A DNA stretch of 16,124 nt, taken from assembly GCF_006345805.1 (NCBI RefSeq), contig NW_021825264.1:1-16124 (forward strand), in the 5' to 3' direction. A program made the position numbers and the translations under genes. Numbering within the stretch: the stretch's first letter is position 1; the number at the start of each line of letters is the position of its first letter. Source of the stretch: Octopus sinensis. Taxonomy: Eukaryota. Under the pieces are notes generated by a model, which did not search any database, was not told where the DNA came from, and was given only the letters and a program-made list of their open reading frames with translations. Below, piece after piece: positions 1-9,427 of the stretch.

Positions 1-91
1 TGCGCGCGTGCGCGTGTTTGTTGTGTGTGCGTGCGTGCGTGTGCGTGTTGCGTGTGCGTGTGTGTGTCTGTGTGGTGTGTTTGTCTGCGTG
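1..91. repeat. (GT/GC)n compound microsatellite
   Basis: Degenerate GT/GCGT repeats directly visible. Confidence 0.9.
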
Positions 92-404
92 TATCTTTTA
101 AAATCTTCCGATTTTTGGTGACTTATGAAATAGACATTTCGTTTTGTAACCGAAAATGAAGCGAAAGAGGTTAGCTAAGCTACTGTAGCGTTCGATTGTA
201 TCTTCAGACAACTGAACGACTCCATTTAATTCATCAGAAGTTACTTAGACTTCTTCTCTCTGTCTGTCGTCTCTCTCTCTTCTCTGTCTTTTCGCTCTCT
301 CTCTGTCTGTATTTAACTCACTATATAACATATGAGTTTCTCTCTCTCTCAATATAAACTATTCTTCTCTATTATTACCCGTTGCTAAGCAACACAGGGA
401 AAAG

Positions 405-748
405 GTGTGTGCGTGTGTGACTGTATTTTCAATTGTGTGTGTGTATGTGTGCGTTTGTGCCTTTCGACACCAGTGCGTGCGTAACGACACACACACAAAC
501 GCCCACAAGCATACACACACAAAATTGAAAATGCACAGTTACACACTCAAACACTCACACACAGAAACGAAAATACACACGCACACATAAATAAAAACAG
601 TCACACATACACACTGAAATGAAAATACTCACACACACTCACACTCACACATGCACACATGCATACGGACAAACACCACACACACACACACAAAAAAGGA
701 AAATACACAGTTACACACTCACACACACACGCTCACACGCATACACTA

Positions 749-784
<36 letters not shown>

Positions 785-870
785 ACAAGTAATGAACTGG
801 AAACACGCGCGCACGCAGACACAGAAATGAAAACACACATATGTGTGTGTGTTTGTGTGTGTGTATGTAT
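405..870. repeat. CA/GT-rich compound minisatellite, copy 1 (core GAAAATACACAGTTACACAC), first unit inverted
   Basis: Core recurs at about 527, 568, 620, 699 and 829. Positions 415-447 are the approximate reverse complement of 510-546. Confidence 0.75.
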
Positions 871-875
871 GAATA

Positions 876-1087
876 GATTTGGTTGATGGAAACTGAAAGA
901 AGCCCATCGTATATAAATGTATACATATATGTGTGTGTGAGTGTGTGTGTCTGTTTCCCCTCACCCTCCAACATCGCTTGACAAGAACCGCTAGGTTTAA
1001 AATAATGTCTTGGGATTGATTTGCTCGACTAAATGCGGTGCTCCAGCATGGCCACAGTCAAATGACTGAAACAAGGAAAATCAAAAA
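876..1087 (+). mobile_element. Octopus-type SINE, 5'-truncated and internally deleted
   Basis: GGAAACTGAAAGAAGCCC..CATCGCTTGACAA..GTGCTCCAGCATGGCCACAGTCAAATGACTGAAACAAG matches the octopus SINE as recalled. It is homologous to 9140-9341, which has about 70 extra internal bases. Confidence 0.75.
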
Positions 1088-1104
1088 CATATATATATAT
1101 ATAT

Positions 1105-1180
1105 GTTCTTTTATTTTACTTGTTTCAGTCATTTGACTGTGGCCATGCTGGAGCACCGCATTTAGTCAAGCAAATCGATC
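1105..1180 (-). mobile_element. Inverted SINE 3' tail (right arm of palindrome)
   Basis: 1119-1180 is the reverse complement of 1014-1075 with 2 mismatches. Confidence 0.85.
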
Positions 1181-1219
1181 AGGGCCTTCAAGAAGGCTGT
1201 CCATATGCTAGAAATAGCA

Positions 1220-1372
1220 GGCAAAGTCGACCTCGCGGAATTTGAACTCAGAGCGTAGCGGCAGATGAAATACCTATTTCTTTACTACCCACAAGAGGCT
1301 AAACACAGAGGGACAAACAGACAGACATACGGATTAAGGCGATTATATCGACCCCCATTGCGTAACTGGTAC
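1220..1372 (-). mobile_element. Second octopus tRNA-derived SINE family fragment, segments in permuted order
   Basis: Minus strand contains the B-box-like CTGAGTTCAAATTCCGC and GTACCAGTTACGC..GGGGTCGAT. Homologous to 10645-10730. Confidence 0.7.
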
Positions 1373-1374
<2 letters not shown>

Positions 1375-1428
<54 letters not shown>

Positions 1429-1540
1429 TATATGTATATATATACAAATTGATATAGGGTGTAATAAATATTATCTGATAATTGATATTTGATTTAGATG
1501 TTTCTCCATTTTCTCATGTTGTATATGTATGTATATATAT
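1375..1540 (+). repeat. Left target-site duplication of the RTE: (TA)n plus ~75-bp unique motif
   Basis: 1445-1517 matches 5650-5725, both are preceded by (TA)n, and they flank the element directly. Confidence 0.75.
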
Positions 1541-1595
1541 CTCTTCTCTTCTCCCCGTCTGTCTTGATAGACAATGGTTGCGCCAAGTGTGGGGC

Positions 1596-4500
1596 CTACT
1601 TTGATGATGTGCTGCGTCTGCTGTGACTGAACAGTCCAATTCTAGAGTGGCAGTCCCTGGTACAGTTGCTGCACACGAACATCGATGGGTACGTGTGGGG
1701 TGTTGCTGCAGTTGTCCTCCTCCTGTCCTGCCTGTCCGACCACGGCTGTGCTCTCCTTTCCTCAGCCATGGAAACGCCTTTCCTCACTGTCCGACGCCAG
1801 GCAGAGCAGTCAGCAGCTGTTACCTCCCACGTGTCCACACAGATGTTGGCAGTCCTCAGGTCGCGCTTGCACACATCCCTGTATCGTAGCTGTGGACGTC
1901 CCTTGGGTCGGGATCCCGTGGTGAGTTCGCTGTACAGGATGTCTTTAGGTATGCGACCGTCCTGCATGCGGCAGACGTGTCCGAGCCAGCGCAGTCGTCT
2001 CCGCACGAGGAGGGCATGCATGCTTGGCATATTAGTCTGTTCCAGGATGACTCCGTTTGGTACTGGGTCCTTCCAGGAGATGCCAAGGATCCGTCGAAGA
2101 CACCCGCATGTGGAAGCCGCTGAGGCGGCATTCCTGCCGGGTGTATGTTGTCCAGCTCTCGCTGCCGTAGAGTAGGGTGCTCAGCACGCAGGCTCGGTAC
2201 ACTGCGATCTTGGTGGTTATTGTGAGCATGTTGTTTTCCCACACTCTCCTGGAGAGCTTAGCCATGGCAGCAGCAGCCCTCCCAATCCGTCTGTTCAGCT
2301 CCGGCTCGAGGGACAGGCTGCTGGAGACCGTCGATCCCAGGTAAGTGAACTCGTTCACCACCTGCAAGCTGTGGTCGCCGACACTGATGCTGGGGACCCC
2401 TCCGACGTCCTGGCCCATGATCTCTGTCTTTTTCAGGCCGATGGTAAGGCCGAACTCTTGGCAGGCATCCGCCAGGGAGCTGAACAGCCTCTGGAGACCC
2501 GGCTGGTTGTGTGATGTTAGGGCGGCATCGTCAGCAAAGAGGATCTCTCTGATCAGCACCTGACGGACTTTGGTCTTAGCTCTGAGCGTCCAAGATTGAA
2601 CAACCCACCATCAGCCCTGGTGTGGAGGAACACTCCGTCGTCGGACGTTCTGAAGGCATAGGACAGGACAAGGGAGAAGAAAATTCCGAAGAGCGTCGGC
2701 GCCAGAACGCAACCCTGTTTCACTCCACTCTGGATGGCGAACGACTCCGAGGGCAATCCGTCAAACTGCACTGTTCCCTGCATACCGTATCGTGAAAGGA
2801 GGTGATGAGTTTCAGCAGTCTGGGAGGGCAACATATCCTACCCAGGAGCGCAAACAGCCCCTCCCTGCTGACTGAGTCGAACGCCTTAGCCAGGTCGATG
2901 AAGGCCACGTATAGGGGCTGTCTCTGTTCTCGACTCTTTTCTTGAAGCTGCCTGAGTGAGAAGATCATGTCGATTGTAGACCTCTCTGCCCTAAAGCCAG
3001 ACTGAGACTCGGGGTACACACGCTCTGCAAGCATTTGCAACCTCTTCAGGACCACCCTGGCAAATGCCTTACCGACAGTGCTGAGCAGGGATATGCCCTT
3101 GTAATTATTACAGTCGCTTCTGTCCCCTTTGTTTTTATACAGTGTGATGATGTTTGCGTCACGCATATCCTTAGGGACAGAGCCCTCCTCCCAGCACTGA
3201 CAGAGCAGCTCGTGGAGATGGCCCAGAAGGGCTGGCTTCCCGCACTGGATGACTTCTGCGGGGATGCCGTCTTGCCCTGGTGCCTTGCCCCGAGCGAGTG
3301 AGTCAATTGCTTTGCTCAGTTCTTCCTTTGTTGGAGGCAGGTCAAGCTCCTCCATGACAGGCAGAGCAGGAATGCCGACGAGGGCAGACCTGGTGACCAC
3401 ATTCTCAGTGGAGTAGAGGTTCTGGTAATGCTCGACCCACCTCTCTATCTGCTTCGCTTGGTCCTTGATGACCTCGCCATCCCTGGACTTCAGTAAAGCA
3501 ACCTTGCTGACAGTGGGCCTGAATGCTTTCTTCATCCCCTCGTACATCCCTTTCACGTTACCACTGTCAGCACAGCACTGGATGTTCTGGCATAGGTTCT
3601 GCCAGTAGATGTTGGCGCAACGTCTGGCCGTCCTCTGGGCGTCACTTCTGGCTGTTCTTAGTAGCCAGGTTCTTTTCTGATGGGTCGCGCTTATAGTTGA
3701 CCAGTGCTTCCCTCTTGGCAGCAATGACAGGCTCCATCTCAGGCAGGTGAGCCTCAAACCAGTCTTGATTTCTCCGCTCCCTCTTTCCTAGGGATGACAT
3801 GACTATTCTGCAAGTGGTGTCGCGAATAAGCTGCCATCTCTCCTCGATGGACGTGGCTGCGTGATCTTTAAGGGCCTCCTCCATGCGGTTGGTGAATTCC
3901 GAGCGGAGGTCGGGGTTGGTTGTCCTGGCGGTGTTGATGCGTGGGCGGCTTTTCCCTACGGGACGGCGGATTTTCTTTGGGGCCAATCGGACCCTACTGC
4001 ACACCAGAGAGTGGTCTGTATCACAGTCAGCACCATGGTAGCTGCGTGTGAGAAGCACACTGCCGAGGTGGGCTCGCCGGGTGATGACCATGTCCAGTTG
4101 GTGCCAGTGTCCGGACCTTGGGTGCCTCCATGAGACCCGGTGTTGTGGCTTAGTCGTGAAGAATGTGTTGGTAACGCAGAGTTTCCGGTAAGAGCAAAGC
4201 TCCAACAGTCTCTGGCCATTCTCATTCATCTTCCCCACGCCAAAGCGTCCAAGGCAGTCTGGCCATGCCCCATGATCGAATCATCCCACCCTTGCGTTGA
4301 AGTCGCCCAGAAGGAAGATGGGCTCCGACCCTGGTATCTGGCTGATGGTGGCGCCGAGCTCCTCATAGACCCGGTCTTTTATTTTCTGAGGAGAGTGGAG
4401 TGTTGGGGCATAAGCACTAATTATGTTTACCTTCCCGTTGATGTTGCAAGGCCAAGAGTGAGGATGCGCTCTGAGCCATTTGAAGGAGGGATCGCCATGG

Positions 4501-4849
4501 GGAGCAAGCTGTTCCTCACGGCAAACCCCACGCCATGCTGGCGGGCCTCCTCGACGGGTCTCCCCTGCCAGTAGAAGGTGTAGTCCTTCTCCCGTAGCAT
4601 GCCGTCTGCGGCGAGCCTGGTCTCTTGCAGCGCCGCTATGTCGATGTTCAGCCTTTTCAATTCGGTGTTGATGACTGCTGTCTTCCTACTGTCGTTCATC
4701 TGTCGTAGATCGTCAATGATGCCAGGGCACATGGTCCTGACATTCCAGGTGGCCAGTCGCAAGACTGGACACTGGGTATTTGTTTTTCCTTTGTTTGCTG
4801 GTGCAGGGTTTTCAGTCTGCTTTTCAGATTTTGTCCTAGCTCCAAGCAC
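1596..4849 (-). pseudogene. RTE ORF (~1080 codons): AP endonuclease, reverse transcriptase and C-terminal zinc finger; frameshifted as assembled
   Basis: Endonuclease motifs TWNVRT, ALQETR, SAYAPT, GDFNARVG, HQLDMVI, DTDH. RT motifs KGKAPGQDGIPAE, GISLLS, QSGFR, FIDLAKAFDSV, GVKQGCVLAP, LFADD, FTYLGS. C-terminal CSNCTRDCHSRIGLFSH. Lesions near 4440, 4282, 3662, 2788, 2586 and 2103. Confidence 0.95.
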
Positions 4850-5406
4850 CCATTGAAGCGGGCAGTCTGTGGCGGCTTAGCACCATTATTGGCCGGGGGC
4901 TGCCCAGCTTAAGGCGGGCGGTAGCTGACCAGTGGGACTTCAATGATCCCTCCCACCGTTAGAGACCCGTAGCGCCCGGGATTACGCCAATTCACCCTGG
5001 CTTAAAACTCGTAACTGCCATCTCAGCTTGTTCCATCGATGGTAGTTTCTCCATGGCGCAAGCCTGGGCGGTAGGAACGAAGACACTGGGCTGCCCAGAC
5101 ACCAGAATCTCCCTCTCGGGCCCCCAGACATAATCCAAAGAATGCAGTGCAGTACGTTTGGAGTCTGGTTGGCTGCAGGAGTTGCCGGAAAAGGGTCGAG
5201 ATTCGACACCCTACCGCCTTCAGGGCTCCACTCCGGATTTTCTGTCTGGGTTTACTCCCATAGCCTTTCCCTCTCCCAAGAGCATCCGCAAGGCAGCGGA
5301 GCGAGGGTTGGAGTCAGAGTTTTCCTTCTCCTAGACTGGCTGTCAACCAAGGCTAACGAGCCCAGTCTGCCCACCCGGTTATACCGCCAAGCACCCGGTC
5401 GCGCCA

Positions 5407-5582
5407 CACAGCAGGCTCAGTGAGAACAGGGGGTACCGCGTGAAGGTGCTGCTGTGGACACAGTAGTGCAGGAGGGGCCATAAGCAAGAACTTTCCGCAA
5501 GGCGCATCCAGGTAGAAGTTCTGCAGCGATCATTACACCTGGAGAGGAGAGGCTATGAGAGACGCAATCATTTTCCTTGCCC

Positions 5583-5585
<3 letters not shown>
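5407..5585 (-). ncRNA. HDV-like (CPEB3-type) self-cleaving ribozyme at the RTE 5' end
   Basis: Manual fold on the minus strand. P1 GGGGGGC(5585-5579)/ACCCCCU(5434-5428) with G1.U wobble. P2 CACAGCAG(5456-5449)/CUGCUGUG(5414-5407). P3 ACC/GGU. L3 UUCACGC(5444-5438). GU after P1. J4/2 CUGA with putative catalytic C5420. G1 is the first base of the element. Confidence 0.8.
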
Positions 5586-5620
<35 letters not shown>

Positions 5621-5760
5621 ATATATATATAGTATATATAATATATATACAAATTGATATAGGGTTTAATAAAGTATTATCTGATAATTGATATTTGATT
5701 TAGATGTATTTCTCCATTTTCTCATCTTTCTATCTTGTATATTTATATAATATATATACT
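5586..5760 (+). repeat. Right target-site duplication of the RTE: (TA)n plus unique motif
   Basis: 5650-5725 matches 1445-1517 and shares GATATAGG and GATATTTG with it, unlike the third copy at 7197-7270. Confidence 0.75.
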
Positions 5761-5762
5761 AT

Positions 5763-5799
<37 letters not shown>

Positions 5800-5850
5800 T
5801 GTATATATATATATATTTGTGTGGTGTGTGTGTGTGTATATATATAATAT

Positions 5851-5887
<37 letters not shown>

Positions 5888-6043
5888 GTAGTTGTATATA
5901 TTTAACAAGATATTTAACAAGATAAAGGTTTTATTTTTTATGGACTTGAAAATTGCTAGAAAATGAAGGATCGTGGCAAAGTTTGGCTGCTATTTCTAGC
6001 ATGTAAAAATTACCTGTTATGGGCAATTTTCTATTTTGAAATG

Positions 6044-6084
<41 letters not shown>

Positions 6085-6164
6085 GTGTTTTTGTGTTGTT
6101 GTGTGTGTTTGTGTGTGTGTGTGTGTGCGCGAGCGTGCGTGTGTGTGTGTGTGTGTGTGCGTGT

Positions 6165-7112
6165 CTGTGCGTGTGTGACTGTATTTTCAATTGCGTGTGT
6201 GTATGTGTGCGTTTGTGCCTTTCGACACCAGTGCGTGCGTGCGTAACGACACACACACAAACACTCACACACATTCATGCACAAAATTGAAAATGCACAG
6301 TTACACACTGAAACACTCACACACAGAAACGAAAATACACACGCACACATAATTAAAACCAGTCATAAACACACACAGAAATTAAAATACTCAGACACAC
6401 TCACACTCACACACATACGGACAAACACACACACACACAAATGAAAATACACAGTTACACACTCACACACACACGCCCACACGCACGCCCACACGCGTAC
6501 ACTAGCGCGCGCACACACACACACACGCACAAACAATGAACTGGAAACTCGCGCGCACGCAGACACAGAAATGAAAACACACATATGTGTGTGTGTTTGT
6601 GTGTGTGTATGTATGAATAGATTTGGTAGATGGAAACTGAAAGAAGCCCATCGTATATAAATGTATACATATATGTGTGTGTGAGTGTGTGTGTCTGTTT
6701 CCCCTCACCCTCCAACATCGCTTGACAAGAACCGCTAGGCTTAAAGATAATGTCTTGGGATTGATTTGCTCGACTAAATGCGGTGCTCCAGCATGGCCAC
6801 AGTCAAATGACTGAAACAAGGAAATCAAAACATTAATATATATATATGTTCTTTTATTTTACTTGTTTCAGTCATTTAATTGTGGCCATGCTGGAGCACC
6901 GCATTTAGTCAAGCAAATCGATCAGGCCTTCAAGAAGGATATCCATATGCTAGAAATAGCAGGCAAAGTCGACCTCGGCGGAATTTGAACTCAGAGCGTA
7001 GCGGCAGCCGAAATACCTATTTCTTTACTACCCATAAGAGGCTAAACACAGAGGGGACAAACAAGACAGACATACGGATTAAGGCGATTATATCGACGCC
7101 ATTGCGTAACTG

Positions 7113-7194
<82 letters not shown>

Positions 7195-7290
7195 TACAAA
7201 TTGAGACAGGGTTTAATAAAGTATTATCTGATAATTGATTAATGATTTAGATGTATTTCTCCATTTCTCATTTGTATATGTATGTATATA
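6165..7290 (+). repeat. Tandem/segmental duplication unit, copy 2 (no RTE inserted)
   Basis: Co-linear with 405-1540, including the SINE at 6620-6830, palindrome arms 6759-6820/6862-6923, the SINE at 6962-7116, (TA)n and the motif at 7197-7270. Confidence 0.95.
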
Positions 7291-7314
7291 TATATATATA
7301 TAATATATATATAT

Positions 7315-7360
<46 letters not shown>

Positions 7361-7362
<2 letters not shown>

Positions 7363-9080
7363 CTTAGATAAACTTAGATATGTTTTCGACCAAAGATGGT
7401 CCAGGCCATGTCTAACTTAATAGCACCACCTGATAGGATTATTCGAATCCTGTTTAAGTCAAGTTTTGTTCAAGTAGTGAGTTCTTGTTGGGTGAGTTAT
7501 ATCCAATTATGGGTGGCTTATCTGGTATTCTTTGAGGAATCTATCCAGACTCTGTTTAAAGTTGATGGGATCCTTTTCCTCTTTGATCTCTCTCGGGACA
7601 ATGTTAAATAGGGCAGGGCCTGTTGAGGAAAAGAAATTGTGCTGCAGTGTACATGTATGTTGTGATCTTGAATTGGGCAGGGACGTATAGCCCGTGGTCC
7701 AAGTCTTGGATGAACCTTGAAGCTAATGTTTAGGTCGTTTGGGCAAAGTTGACGGTATATTTTCCACATCGTACAAATGATGTACCGCTCACGGCGACGC
7801 TGGAGGGAGTAAAGTTTCAAGGCTTTAAGGCGATCCCAATAATCGAGAGCAGCCATGCCTTCAATGCGTTTAGTGAGTGCCCTCTGGGGTGACTCAATTC
7901 TGGAGATGTTTTGTCTTGTTTGAGGAGACCACAGTGGGCAGCAGTATTCAAGGTGTGGCCGTACAAGGAGCAAAAAAGTGGTATGATGACACCTTGTTCT
8001 CTGGACCGGAAAGTTCTTAAGATCCAGGACCCATCCTACGAGCTATATCGACCTTCTGTTGATGTGTTGCACTCCAACTGAGATCGTCATCAACAATTAC
8101 ACCCAGGTCTCTGATATTGTTAGAGGCTGTGAGCTTTCCCCTGAAGGAAGAGAGTATGGCTGTTTTAGTGAGGAGTTTCTTCCAAAATGCATCAGCTCAA
8201 ATTTTCCCCTCGTTCAGTTGCATTTTATTTCTGTCTGCCCATTGACTCACAGCATATAGATCAGACTGGAGTTGAGTTCGGTCTGCTTCTTCATTGACGA
8301 TTTGCTGGAGTTGGTGTCATCAGCAAATATTTTCACTTTGCAGTAATGTACGACACTGAAAGGTCGTTTATGTTGATTATGAAGAGTAGCGGACCCAAGA
8401 CAGTCCCCTGGGGGACACCGCTGGTGACTTTGCTGGGCTTGAGTGGACTCCATCAACTACAACATGTGTTCTATTCGCCAGGAAATACTTAATCCAGTGT
8501 AGAACTTTTCCACGGATTCCAACATTTGCCAATTTTGAGAGTAGGATATTAGGTCTACCCTGTCGAACGCTTTACTGAAGTCAAGATATATGACATCAGA
8601 GTTCGAACCTGTTCCCAAGGCTTTGAGTACATCTTCAATGTGGTGTAAGAGCTGTGTTAGACAGTCCCTGCCACAGCGAAAGCCATGCTGATTTGCATTT
8701 AGTAGTTTTCTGGGTCTCCAGAAGTCAGCCATCCTTGATCTTAACACTCTTTCAAACACTTTGATGATGTGGGAGGTGAGTGAGATTGGGCGATAGTTGA
8801 GTGCGAGGGATCCGTTTCCCTGTTTGAAAACCGGGATGATTGACTGGGATAGAAACTGTTTTTGGTATATAACCTGCATCTAATGAATTCCTCCATAGGT
8901 GGTCAGTGGGACAGCAAGTTGGTGTTTACATTCCTTCAGGAGACTAACGGGGAATCTATCAGGCCTACGGCAGAGTAGTATTTGACCTCATTTATTGCTG
9001 CTACGATGCCAGTGGGAGTGAAGGTTATGTCTGCAATTTTGTGTTGGGAGTCACTAAAGACAGCAGTATTGTTTCTGCAA
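7361..9080 (-). mobile_element. 5'-truncated CR1-type LINE (RT and C-terminus, frameshifted)
   Basis: RPISLTSHIIKVFER, NQHGFR, YLDFSKAFDRV, KIFADDT, RPHLEYCCPLWSP, RLKALKLYSLQRRRER. The 3' end is a 10-bp tandem tail (AACTTAGATA x2, 7361-7380). TA runs lie at both ends. Confidence 0.92.
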
Positions 9081-9139
9081 TATATATAGAGAGAGAACAT
9101 GTATATACATATAGATATTTATATATATGTATATGTGTG

Positions 9140-9341
9140 TATGTTTCGGTGTCCCCAAAACCGCTGGACAACCAATGCCGGTGTTTTTTACACTCCATTA
9201 ACTTATCCGTTCGGGAAAAGAAGACCAACAGAATTAATACTAGACTGACGCAGATAAAAGTCTTAGTGTCGATTTGCTTTAGAAAAGGCTGTGCTCCAGC
9301 ATTGGCACAGTGAAATGACTAAACAAAGAAAAGAGTAAAAG
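9140..9341 (+). mobile_element. Diverged octopus-type SINE, 3' half
   Basis: Homologous to 876-1087 (GTCGATTTGC..GTGCTCCAGCA..CACAG..AAATGACT..AAAAGAGTAAAAG). Confidence 0.75.
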
Positions 9342-9427
9342 TGTATGCGTTACGTCTGAACATTGTATTGTAGAGTTAATTAGCTTCCATAATACATTTT
9401 GATGATAGTTGTCACGTAACTAAATGT

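Larger units (their letters stand above)
405..1540 (+). repeat. Tandem/segmental duplication unit, copy 1 (paralogous to 6165-7290)
   Basis: Co-linear match of the minisatellite, SINE pieces, (TA)n and the ~80-bp CAAATTGA..TTCTCAT motif with 6165-7290. Confidence 0.95.
1541..5585 (-). mobile_element. Full-length RTE-clade (BovB-like) non-LTR retrotransposon
   Basis: About 730-nt 5' region, single APE-RT ORF with C-terminal Cys/His finger, ~55-nt 3' UTR ending in a (GAGAA)n tail at 1541-1553, flanking duplication, and GC-rich relative to the flanks. Confidence 0.95.

Noticed and set aside
405-974. ORFs rich in HT/CV dipeptides (also 5931-6828)
   Set aside because: Translations of CA/GT microsatellites; no domain content.
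1623-4671. Multiple plus-strand ORFs of 60-170 aa over the RTE
   Set aside because: Antisense shadows of a GC-rich coding sequence; no recognisable motifs.
5498-5585. Alternative compact HDV fold using CUCUCCU as the P1 3' strand and CCAGGUG/UACCUGG as P4
   Set aside because: L3 does not match the consensus, there is no G for P1.1, and 9 nt separate P2 from P3. The fold using 5456-5407 satisfies all core motifs.
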